Of a stretch of 64,000 bases of DNA, positions 11,625-23,128 are shown one piece after another; position 1 is the first letter of the stretch; every line of letters begins with the position of its first letter. Source of the stretch: Amoebophrya sp. A120 (Eukaryota > Protista > Dinoflagellata); assembly GCA_905178155.1 (NCBI GenBank), contig CAJINV010000005.1:545715-609714 (forward strand). The letters are read 5' to 3'. A program made the translations under genes and the position numbers. The notes below the pieces were generated by a model. It saw only the letters and a program-made list of their open reading frames with translations. It searched no databases and was not told the origin of the DNA.

Positions 11625-13860
11625 TTAGGTCCGAGCGCTAGAGGGGGGCGTGCTATTTCCAGGAGCCTGGAAAGGCTTTGCCAACGCCATCAATTGCAAT
11701 CGCTCAAGAGAATCGCGCTCGTTGCGACTCCGGCAGAGTGGACAAACAAGTTGTGCGCGAAAAACACATAGGACACGGATGTGAAAAACACACACGAAGC
11801 GGGGCACCTGTCCGGAGAACTCGCATTCTTGAGGCGAATGCGCACATCCTTTCTGCGCCGACTGAATGGGCGGCGTATGTTGATGGGGTCGATCAGAACA
11901 TTGCGTCCGAGGCCTGGCAACCTCAAGCTCCACAGCCTGGATGGTTGTAGACGACGGCGCCGCCACGCACAACAACACGGCCCCGGCTGGGGGTGGGGAT
12001 TCTCGCTGAACGGCCGCGGGCGAGCGGGCATTGATTGGCGCCCGCGCGCCCCACACCGACATAGGCGCACCGAGTGCCGAGGAGGGGTCGCCAAGAAAGA
12101 AGCTCGCGCGCGTGCACCCGGGGCCCGGAGGGAGCGGGCAGCCGGTGGCGCGCGCATACGGGGCACAGACAGGCAACGACTGGGCCGCGGTTGGAAGGGC
12201 CTGCCGCCCCATTGGCCGGATCCCGCGGGCGCGCGGACTTACGCAGCCGCGCGCGCGCGCGCAATTGCCCAAACAAGATAGACGGAAAGGGCGGGCGCCA
12301 GGCCCCCCCGGCCCAGGGAGGGGGGCTCCCACTGGCGCTGTGCTTGGGTCGGTGCTTGGATCGCCGGCGCGCTCTGCCTTCCGTCGGCCGCGCATCATTC
12401 TCATTTGCCGGGTGCGGATGTTTTCTAACTCTTTCGCCCCAGTGGCCCAAGGGACCACGCCGGGGCGTCCCGCCCTCGGTTTGCCAGCCCCCCGCCCCGC
12501 CCCCCCGCCCGGCGTCCGCGGCGGGCGCGCAGGTGATCCCGGCGCCCTGTGCTGTTTCTTCCGCCTGGCGCGTCGCGCCCGATGTGTCTGAAGGCGCCCG
12601 CGAAGCCCAGGCGCGTGAAATCCGCCGAGCAGAAGTATCCGCCAGACCTCCCTCGTTGTCACATGGATCGAGGAGGAGTTGCGCCCCACGCCCTCTTTCT
12701 CGCGTCGACTCTTGCGAGAGGGATGGGGGGCACCGCTCCGCGCCGAGCACTGGGCGACTGCACAGCGAAGACCTTTGCCCGGCTAACTCGGCCCCTAAGC
12801 GGAGGAGTTGCCGAGGGGTTTTTGGCCAAGGCGTGCACGAGGTAGGCGAAAATGCCCGCCGCAATCAGAAATATGCCGCGACACTTGAGCACCAGCCGGG
12901 ATTTGGCCCGAAGGTGCGCGCTACCAACCACACCGCCGGCCAGGAAGTCCCGGCGCGGATCGGGCAACCCCTTCCGGCCTTTCTGCGTCATATACTAACG
13001 CCCCCGGGCATTCTGCGCCCCGGGGTGCGACGAACCGGCCGGCCCGGCAAGGGGGCGCCCAATTTGTGGCGGCGCCAAGCGCCCGGGGCTTCAATCAATC
13101 ACGACCGAAACCGGGGGGGCCGCGCGCCTCCAAGCGAGCCCCATCGGGCCGCACGGCGGCTGCCAGGCAAAAAGGCGCGGATGTCCGCGCGCCTAAAAGG
13201 CTTCCGGGGCCCTGGGTGGTCGGTGGCGCGCAAGGCCCTCAACCGGGTGGGCCGACACCCGCCCGCGATGCGATTTCCCGCGATTCCTGTGCAGATTCCT
13301 GCTTCCACTTCTCGAATTCATTGCGTTCTTCTTCCGTCGCCACAGTCGCAAATTTCCGGCGCTCACTGTGTGAGCAGGGTGCGTGTATCAACCTGCAGGC
13401 CGCGGCACTTTTTACGCGCCATCTTCGAAAACAAGAGCCGAAGATGGATTGATAGACGCCAAAGGAGGCCAACCAAAAAAATGGGCGCCACGAAGAAGAT
13501 AAATAATCCAGCGGCCGCCTGGCCCCGGGTGCGCGTCTAGTTCTCCGCGAGGGACAGCAATGGCGCGGCACGGCCGTGGCACGCAAAAGCAGCCAAATGC
13601 CCTGGCGGCTGCGCGCTTCTTTTGGGCAAGCGATGCCAAAGCCCCTCCCCTCATCCCTCTAATTTTTTTGGGCCGCCGCCGCGGCGATCCACGTGCGCCC
13701 AGGCCTCCAAAGGCGCGCCCGCTCAAACATGCCGCGGAGCACTACAGGCGCGGGAACGTGGTGCGGTGTCCGTGCGCTCCCTCGGAAAAATTCGAAGAGA
13801 TAAAACCATACCTACGCGCGCAGGTGCGCCGCGATGGAGTCGCACTCAGATGGGCATCAT
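11625..13860. mobile_element. GC-rich degenerate transposon relic, possibly tyrosine-recombinase type
   Basis: Abrupt GC-rich island between genes with only GC-noise ORFs. The minus strand has VWRILLLGGFHAPGLRG near 12600-12650, resembling YR box I. Confidence 0.4.
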
Positions 13861-14464
13861 GAACACATGACTCTTTCGGAAACAGGGCACAGGTTGCTCG
13901 TACGGGAGGAAGATTCTGTCAGCCGCAATACCAATAGCGACGTCCCGCCAAATATTATCGGATGTATCTTTCGAAGACATGGTTTCGAGGGAAAGAGGAA
14001 TGAGTTTCACTGGTACTTTGATCGCGGATAGTTGGAAAAGTACTGCATGTTGTCGTGGACACATTCACACTATTATAAAAAAGAAGTAGATGGTGATGGT
14101 GCTTTGTCTTTGCTTATTGTTCTGTCACTTGGATGAGCGAAGGCGAACAGTAGGCGAGTCCGTTTTTCAGAATGAATTCGATGACGATGATGCTCGTTTT
14201 TTCCTGAAGCTTCACCCTTCGAGAGACGGAGGCTCTTCATCCAATGGAAAAACCGTCCGTCGTTGTACATGCTGCAGAGGTCTTCATCTTCTTACCTGAG
14301 AGTGAATAGATTTTTTTTTCCTTTAATTTAAAGTTCCTGCATATTGACTCAAAGTCCCCTTCCTTCACGATACAGTATCACTTCTTTCAGCAGCACTCTA
14401 TTAATTGGATGTGCAAGAGGAAAAGGAATAAAAGTCCGATGAAATTATCTTACGCACCTCATCC

Positions 14465-16060
14465 TCATTTCCAGTCATCCATCTTGTGCCAACTCCCCTC
14501 CGAGCTGTCCTTGTCGTCCTTGACAATACCGGATCCCGCACTGTTCGCACTCCCTCCCCAGTTTTTCGAGCTCCAACTCTCGTCGTTTCCCCAATGTGAC
14601 GAAGAGGAACCCCCCGCGGCGTCGTACCAGGAGGAGCTCGCGCTCGAATTCCAGTCATCACCGTAATTTGACGTGTTGCTCCCCCAGTCGGAATAAGCAG
14701 AGGAAGTCGCACTCGCACCCGCTCCATAGCTGTTCGCACCTTTGTTCGAATCAGCCTCGTTGTCTCCTGTTCCTGTCATAACTCTATCGCCTTGCTTCGG
14801 GGCATACTTTTCTTCCCACCAAGACGTCGCGTTTCCGTTCCAGTCGTCGTACGTCGAGGATGAAGATCCGGCGCCGCCACCACCAGCTGTGGAAGCGGTG
14901 GACCAGTTGTCTCTTTCAAGAGCCCTAGTTTCCGCAGCGCGTCCTCTGTTTCGGTCGTGGGTCACTGAGGAGCAATTTGACCCCGTAGTTGCAACAGTGC
15001 TGCTCGCAACACTCGCACTCGACGCGGCTGGATTATTCCCCGTTGCTGTTTCACCATTGACAGGAGGTCGTGCCTTCGACGAGGACTTCTTATCGGCGAT
15101 AGCAGTCTTGAGCACCGGCAGTGCCTCGTGCTTCAACATGTCGTAAAAATCTTTCAGCTCTGCCTTGCTGGAAGGGCCGTAGTTGTCCTTTTTCAGCAAC
15201 CAATCCAAGATGGTAGACCTGGGGTTTTGGTGGGGGTACAGTGATGCAGTCTGTCATATTGCACGTGAAAGACACTGAATTTGCTCAGTGCTAGTGCTCG
15301 AAAGCAGAAAAAAGTCTTCTATCTACTTACGGCGTGAAATGCTTCTCCGGTGCCGCGCCACGGTCCTGTGCAGCAGCCGCAGCCGCCTGCTCTTTCTGTT
15401 TTTGCTTGTTCAATTCGTTCTGTAAATCCACACACTCCTGCCTGGTCCTCTGGTGGTCTGCCATTTCCTTGCTCAGTGCCCGTTCACATGCATCCTTGTC
15501 ATTCCGTAGTTCTTTCAGTTCCTCTTGTAGCGCATCAATACGCTTCGCCGCATTCACATTCATCGGGGTGTTCTGTTCGGCGGTGGCCCTTGCTTGGAAC
15601 GTGTTTGTTGGAGGAGGAACAGCACTTCCTACCGGTGCCCGATGCAGCTCGGGCTGATGGGCCAAAGGCTGGCGGCCAGTGGCGTGCGTGTTGCTGTACT
15701 GGGTGGCGCTCGCACTGTAGCTGGAAGCGGTACCTGGTCAAACGTTGTCTGGCAACGGTATCTATGTACGTGTTTGCAAGACATATCATTTTCATGAGAA
15801 GTACTTTGGAGTGCTTGCGCTCGTAAGTACATCAACATGTGCATCGACGGCATGCATAGAAAGATAAAAATCCGAGAAGTACCGTAAGAAAATCCCCCTT
15901 GTGCACTCGATCTGTTACATCCGGTCACACTGGATGCGCCCGTTACTGAAGATCCTCCGCTCGGGTTGTGTTGCACTTGTTGCAAGTTTGCAGCGACCAA
16001 GTGTCCAGTAGCGCCGGGTTGCTGTAGTTTTTGGATTTGGTGCGAAGAATTCATGAACAT
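14465..16060 (-). CDS. Multi-exon hypothetical protein (Gln-rich N-terminus, short coiled coil, Ser/Gly/Trp/Asp-rich tail)
   Basis: ORFs 15629-16060, 15327-15665 and 14465-15208 with GTACTT/GTAAGT-type donors between them. Confidence 0.65.
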
Positions 16061-16209
16061 GATCTCAGGTTGTAAAAGTTAAATTGATCTTTCTCTCATT
16101 GCGAGATGAAAATGCGCTTTGGCACAAGCTGGGACGACAAAACAGCGGCTGCGCATGAGCGGTAGAAAGAATGAAAAACCCGACGAGTGGCAGCTTATCT
16201 ATCAACAGC

Positions 16210-18405
16210 TTATACCAGCCCATCCCGAATGCTTCCCCACTTTTTGAACCCTTTCGGCACGTTTACCCCTTCGGCGATCTCCTCGCAGCGCAGCGGCAGC
16301 GGCATGTTTTTGCAGCGGTATTACAATGAAAAACGCCCCCCACCCCAGAATTTGCAAAAGTTTCTGATGCAAAGTTTCGCAATGAAAACTTTTTGTCTTG
16401 CATGAAAGGATTAGGAGTCTTTCTGGTGCAGAGTTTACATCTAGGCTCGCAAGGTATCTCTTGCATTAGAGATTCGGCTGGTGCAAGGCTCTTTGCAATC
16501 CAAATTTGAGCTCTTCAGGATGGAAAATAATTTGTGATGCTGATACATGCAAGACGGGGAATGTTTCTATTGGAAAGGTTTGCAATGCAACTGCTGCCAA
16601 GTTCTGGGGTGCGGGCATTTTTCACTGTAATAAGCGGCGCCGGCTCTTCTCGATCATGTCCGGCGTCATGGTTTCCAAGGTGAACCGTATCAAAAGTAAA
16701 AGTGTCTGGGTCTGGAAACTTGTGATGCTGGGTGGGTGGCGTCTCATGATGAGGCTACAGATGCTGGCTCAGCATGACAAGTTTCTGAGCTCCTAGGTGT
16801 TGCCTATTCTGCATGACAAACTGCGCTTCTGCATCACAGAAAAACGGAGCTCTTGGGTAACGTGCATCACAGATTTAAGGGTCATGCCAGACAAGCATGA
16901 CAAACATGAATTCTTCCTGACCCAGACATTTTTACATTTGATAAACCGGTCCAGGTTGTCATACGCCAGTCCCTTCCGGTGCGTGTTGGAGTTGGGCGTG
17001 TGGGAGCCGTTGATCTTCGTCGGCTTGCTCCACTGCGCATAACAGAGCCTGCAGCGAAGCTCTGGCCACCCATTGTGGTCGATCAGCTCGTAGTACTGTG
17101 GATTTGTAAACAATTCCATCAGATACTCGGGCTCTTCGATCTTCCCGTCGTAATCCCACTGCGTCTTCGGGATTGGCCTTCCGTAGCAATCGATCGGCTT
17201 CAGGGAGAAAAGATCAATCTCCTCTTCCTCCACATCCTCGCAAATGGTTGACATGTTGTTTCCACCATGACCGCGAAACGCCGCGCCCTGAGCAAACTGC
17301 TGCTGGTTCATTGCGGATGCGGAGCTCGGCCAGGCGGACGAATGATACGAAGTTGCGGAGGAGTGGCTGTTATAGCTGACCTCGGACGACATCGTGGTGA
17401 AAAGCATGTCTGAATCAAAGCAATAAATTTGAGATAGTTCTGTATGTTATTTACGCAACTCTATAGCGCGAAGCGCTGAGCAAAGCATCGGGATTGAGAA
17501 GCCACGACAAGCGATCACATGCTTCTACGCAGCAAACGAAACTATGAAGGTACATCCATTGTTTTATTGCGTTTCAACGCAAAGAAAAACTGACCATGTG
17601 TACTAGCTGCGCTAAATCGTATATGTAGGAGACGTTCGGCGGTGTCCGAGCTGAAAGTGAACAAGTTTTGAAGATCTTTTGACCCAGACCTGCACACTAT
17701 CTCCATAAAACGCGTGTCGTCATCGTAACCGGAGTAGCAACTGGCGTTGCTTGACCCACCTCCGCCATTCGACGTCGTGAAACGTTTCTCCTCTTTAACC
17801 GGGCGCGGCACGAAGGACCGGTCGACCTCCTGCGCTGCGATGGCGCCACCGTCCGTGGGTTTGCAGACCGTTCCGAACTTGTCCCGGTAGTTCATGCCGT
17901 CAGTGGGGAAGGGGATCGCCCCCTGCTCGATTTTCTCGAGATATTTGTTTTTCAGTTCGTAGGATTGCGTCTGGACGTTCGACCGGTGCTTCGAAGCGAC
18001 CAGGTGGTCGTTTCCGGCTTGTTTATTACACAATAAACAATACACCTGCGATAGTACGAAGAGAGCAGAAGTTTGACCGTTTCCTGGTGGAGAGGACACA
18101 GCGTCCACTCGGTGTTTCTTTGTTCCAGAACAAACACGTTGATGGTGGATACATTTACCTAGCGTTCAATGTCGACATGGCAAAAATTCCAAGAAAAGTT
18201 CAAGCGCTCATCCAATAGATACGTGCGCCTGCCACGTGCTGCTCCACCGGTTTTCGAAGCAGTACGGCATGGCGATGATCCGCCATTTTTCCGGGACGTG
18301 GGTATCGTCGGGTTTGGAGCAAAACTTCTTTCCCAAATGGTCCACGACGAGAATCTCCTGCTGGTTCAGGTGGTTCAAATCGAAAAATGTTGCGTCGTCC
18401 ACCAT
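16210..18405 (-). CDS. Two-module CxxC..H..H zinc-finger-like protein, tandem paralogue of 19450-22360, with two introners
   Basis: Motifs MVDDATFFDLNHLN, CLLCNK..H..H, IPFPTDGMNYRDKFG, KPIDCYGRPIP and CRLC..H..H. After removing both elements the C-terminus reads LDRFTLETMTPDMIEKSRRRCKNMPLPLRCEEIAEGVNVPKGF, which aligns to the paralogue. Confidence 0.8.
16319..16632. mobile_element. Introner, family D, 314 bp, TSD AGCGG
   Basis: TIR TATTACARTGAAAAAYGCCC...ACCCCAGAA. AGCGG at 16314-18 and 16633-37. Removal gives SRRR-CKNMP in frame. Confidence 0.93.
16688..16943. mobile_element. Introner, family B (subfamily B2), 256 bp, TSD AACCG
   Basis: TIR TATCAAAWGTAAAARTGTCTGGGTC. AACCG at 16683-87 and 16944-48. 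Removal gives LDRF-TLETM in frame. Highly similar to 47475-47726. Confidence 0.95.
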
Positions 18406-19449
18406 GGTAAAGGCGGTACTAGTGGGACCACCTCCGAAGCGGAGGTCGGTTTACCTGCAAGAACGGGACGATGTGATAAAACGGGACGATAGCCACGTCT
18501 TGACGGCTTCTGCAGGAACGTGGCGGAAACCTCGGCGTTCTCCTGCTGCACACGTCCGTCGAAAATCTAAGTACCTCCGTAAGTGAATTTACTTAAAGTG
18601 AACAAAAGCACTTTGGCTTTATTTGTCGTTGGAGAGATTTCAGTTACTTCGTTCAATTTGGAGTAGAACAGCTTTACAACGAAAGAAGTAGTAGCAACTC
18701 GAAAAACATCATAAAAATATTCAAGAAAATCGGCGATTTTCATCAGTGGTGTGTACATGTAGTCGATCTAGATGAAGTACAAGTCTAGCGTGTATCATCT
18801 CTACTTGCTCCAAGCGTGAATATTGCTATTGTGTAGCAATAACAAGAACGGTAGACCTGTATGATCCAGAACCAAGATCCATATCCAGCAATAGCCCCGG
18901 AGAAGAAAAATCCGTTGCAAACGATCATTAAGAACCACAACTAGAAGGATCTAGGAAGAGACCCGTATGCAGATCAGACACGGCTGATCTTGGTCTTACT
19001 TTCCATTCACAGCGGTACCAGTAGCATCAACGGAGTCTACTTTCAGTGGATCAGTAGCATTAGCATGAGCTTCCACATCAAAACGCTGGCCACCACGACG
19101 AACTCCTCCATGTAGCTTAGGTGCAATCTTCCATCTATTCCACAAACTATTTTTCTTCATATACCGTGGGCAAAGAACATAAATGGAACCCGCAAACGAA
19201 AAAGCACTGGAGTGCGCGCTCACAACAAAAGCAGGAAATTTCATAATTGAGTGCTCGCTCTTATTCGAGGAGAGAAGCAGATCATGATGAATATAAACGG
19301 CTTCGATATTTCCATTTTTCCGCATGATGAGGTAATGTCAGTCCGATGCGTGCTGCCAACACGTGAGGAGGAAGAGGACGATGTTCGGTGAGGATATCAT
19401 CGATACCATGTGTGTCGAGCGCTTGCGCGGAGCGACTCTCAGTTAACAT

Positions 19450-22360
19450 TCAGCACTGCTCAACATCACTATCTTCAACATCGGAGAAGTGAACTCGCAA
19501 AGATGTTTCGGGAGAATGCTCCTTGATGGGATGTCGCTTCTGGGTTTTGGCTTTCTCGTACTCGTTCTCCGCATAAAGATCGCTTCGTCCTGCCGTGTCT
19601 TGGTCTTCGCTCTCACCCAACATCCTGCTGCGCTTTTTCTCCTTGTTTTTGTCTTTTTTCCTGGTTCTGGTTGTATTCCTGGAGCTGCTGATCTCTACCT
19701 CTACGGCGTCCCGTCTGGATCTCTGCTTTCCTCGTCTCTCTCCCTCGGAGGGTGGCGAGGACTCGTCTGATGAGGATGTCTCAAGAAGAAAGCTACAGCC
19801 GCAATCGCCGGCCTCTCGTGCCTTGTTGCCGCTCCTGCCATCTCCACCCGCACCCGCGGCATTCGACATCTGGGCTGAGCTGCTGCCTGGTGACTCCAGC
19901 GACTTCTCAAGGAGCATGGAGGCCCCGTCGCTGCCAACGAAACTCGCGTCGCCATTACAAAAGTGGTTCCTCAGCCGTTGCACAGCCTCTGCAAGCTTCT
20001 CGACCTGAGGAAGAGTGATCATTTTCTGCGGTTCCTTTCTACCAACCCTCTTCAGCCACTTCGCAACCCCCTCTGGCGTCCATTTTTCTCGTTCTTTGGC
20101 AAGGTCGTCGCTCGCGTCCTGTAAGTCTTCCCTGGCGCGCGCGAGCTTCTTCTCGAGCTTGAGCGTTTTAAGAACATGCTTGTGATTCTCTGCCACTACC
20201 TGGGATTTCTTTTCCCCCACATCAAAAAGCATCTGCTGCTTCTCTTCAAGCTTCTCATGTGCCTTGTCGAGCTTTTTTTCCGCTATTTCCAGTTTGTCCT
20301 GCGCCGCGTTTCGCTCCTTTCGCAAATCGGCATTCTCAGCTCGAAGCCTCTGCAATTCTTCTTGGCCCACCAACGGTTGTCCTCTTTGTCGGTACTGCGT
20401 ATGATCTTGTTGCTGGGAGAAAGCAGCTGTATTTCTGTTGTGGACTTGTTGAGTACGAGACGGAGGTGCTGGCGTTGTTTGAACTGTGATAGAAGATTTT
20501 GGAAGAGAAAATTGAGCATGAAACTATTATCACGCTCATGCGGATGGCGAAGTGTTAAAGTCTCGCTAGCCGATATGGAGTGAAGAACGACACTACCAGG
20601 GAACCTCATTGTTGATCATGAAGCTGTAGCTGAACTAAAGCCGATTAATCTGAGCGCATGAATCACGGCCGTGAAAGCGCCCTTACCTGTAGTTTCGGAG
20701 TGGGATGAACAGCTCGACGCAGCACTGCTCTCCACATCGTTCGGTACGACTGACGCTGGCGCCGGACGGCACAGCAGCTGTGGGCCACCAACAGACCTAC
20801 TGGTGGCCATGCTCTGTCCGCCGGTAATACTACTGTTGGAAAAGGGCGGAGCGTCGCCTCGGCGCCGTATTGGATAATTCCCGGCTTGCGAATACCCGAC
20901 AGGAACATTAACTCCTTCCACCAGCTCCGGAAGCGGCCTGGGCATCCCTTCGCAATTCCGGACGCTTTCTGCAATCTCCTGTTCCGTCATGACTTGCATC
21001 CGGTACTTTTTTACAGCGTCGCCCGCCCGGTAGACCGCGTCCTTATGCTTTTTACCGTCCGGCGTATGTGCGTGCGTGATTTTCGTCGGCGGCTGGGGCA
21101 TGTATTCCATGCAGAGCACACAGCGTAGCTGCGCATACCCGTGGAAGGCGAAGAGCTCGTAGCGCTCAGGGTGGTTGTAGATTTCGAGAAGGTATTCTGG
21201 GTGCTCAACTTTCGGGTTCGGTAGATATCGCCATGCGATGTCCGGCGGAATGGGTCTGCCGAATCGGTCGAGGGGCCGCAGCTTTTGCAACTCTCGGTCT
21301 GGTGGGATCATATTGGGTCTCTGACCAGCTGCACCTGAAGCGCCGCTTCCGAAATAGGGTCTTACCTGTGTAGTTTCTGTCGCAGCACTACAACTGCTGT
21401 AGGACCTGGCACTACTGCAAGAGCTGCCTCCTCCTGCACCTCCGTAGAAAAGTGAACGCTGACCGGCGTCGCTCCGCCCGTACACACTGTAGGCCGACTT
21501 CGGGACGTTGTTCGCTTCTCCGCCAAGCGCGATCCCCTCGTCGTCCGTTTCCCTCTCGCTTTCACTATCGCCGAGAAGGGTACAGGACGCAGCAGCGGAT
21601 TGGCTTCTAGTTCTAGGGCTGCTGCAGCTGCTGGCACCGCTACTGCTCGCCCCAAGAGGTCCCGCTCTACTGCAAGAGGTATTTTTCATGCGAGCACCGC
21701 CTAAATCAGGCTTTGGCTGCGGCGGGAAAGCGTCCGGGTGCGTGGACCGGTCCACGACCGATCCGTACCGATCACGGTAATTCAGTCCATCTGTGGGGAA
21801 CGGGATCTCGCCGCTTTCGAGCTTCCTGCGGTACTCGTTGCGGAGCTCTGCCCCTGCCCAGGGGCGGCGGCGGCGGTGCTCCTGCGCAACAACGTGCTCG
21901 CTCGTTGCGATCTTGTTACAGATCAGACACCGGATCTGGTCGTAGCTCTGCTCGAAAACGTTCACGTAGGCCCAGGGCTCCGCCGGGATAAGCCACTTGT
22001 TGGGTGCCATCGTCTCATCGGGGATGAGGTCGGTGAAAATCCAAGGATAAAACTGTGCATAGTGTAAACTAATTGTCTTTGGCGGAAAACAGCATAGCAT
22101 GACAAACGAACCTGTCATTCATGACAGCGAAAAGTTTCCAAGCTCACGCACTATGTGAAAACACTCATGCGACTCACTAGCCTATGCCTACGACGCATGT
22201 CCAGCATGACAAGTGTAAATGTCATGCACTTATGCACTGCTTTTTGTTTTTCTTGCATAGTGAAGGGGGTCCCGTTTATATCTGGAATCCAGCAGTTCTC
22301 GCGGTTCAGGTCTGCGAGATTGAACTTCGGCGGTTCATCAGTGCCCAGATCGTCTGCCAT
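19450..22360 (-). CDS. Two-module zinc-finger-like protein with C-terminal coiled coil, paralogue of 16210-18405
   Basis: MADDLG start at 22360. One introner, the 500-aa ORF 20616-22118, then a GT-AG intron probably joining ORF 19450-20373. Confidence 0.78.
22038..22259. mobile_element. Older degenerate introner, family F-like, 222 bp, TSD GTGAA
   Basis: GTGAA at 22033-37 and 22260-64. Ends AATCCAAGGATAAAA and (reverse complement) TATGCAAGAAAAACA. Internal GCATGACAA motifs. Removal gives NGTPFT-DLIPDE in frame. Confidence 0.85.
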
Positions 22361-23128
22361 TTTGTAAATGTACGGATCAATGAAAAAGAATGAAGAACGA
22401 CATAAATCACATAAGAAAGTACGTTGCCGAAATACGAAGACAAACAAGTAAAAGCTGATGACTTTGCGCACCAAATATTTGTAGGGTTTAGTTAACTCTG
22501 GGCAGAGACCTTGTGCTCTTGTCCTTGTGCAGCAATAGAAGTGTTATCGTAGAGGCCGAGTCCTCGTCGTTCTTAATTTTCGAAGAGTTTCAATTCACGT
22601 CGATAATACGTCTTCGCCTCCAGAACCAGATAGGGATTAGACACGCTCCCACGATATACATGCTACTTCACACATGCACATCATCTAGAACTACCAGCAT
22701 AACACGTGGTGGCGATCTTCATGTTGTAAAGAAGTGATCAGTGTTGCAGTGGTAGTCGAAAGAAACAAAGTAATCACAAATGCTTCGTTGATCTTTCTCA
22801 ACATCTGTATGAGGATCACAACGCGTGGTCTTGTTGTGTATTCTTTATCTGCACAGACAAGACGAAGACGAGCCTCATCGACAAAAAAAAAGACGGAGCG
22901 GCGAAAGTGGAACAAATGGAGGTTCTTACCGACAGACAAAGAGGCTGATCCTGATGTGACGGTGGTTGAACCATGCCTCAATAACCCAAGCACCAACCGG
23001 TTTCGCTTTTATTAGTTTGACGTAGCTACAACCAAGTCGCTCGAAGGATGGATAAGTCATTTTTTTCACAATTAATTGTCGCACAATGTATCGCCCTAGA
23101 ACTTCTAGTACGATGACTGTCATCTCTT

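Noticed and set aside
17397-17716. Possible repeat-bounded non-canonical intron (CGTG direct repeat)
   Set aside because: There is no TIR, and a canonical GT...TTCAG intron gives an in-frame join equally well.
18996-19325. Possible copia RT/RNase H remnant
   Set aside because: The resemblance is too weak to support without a search.
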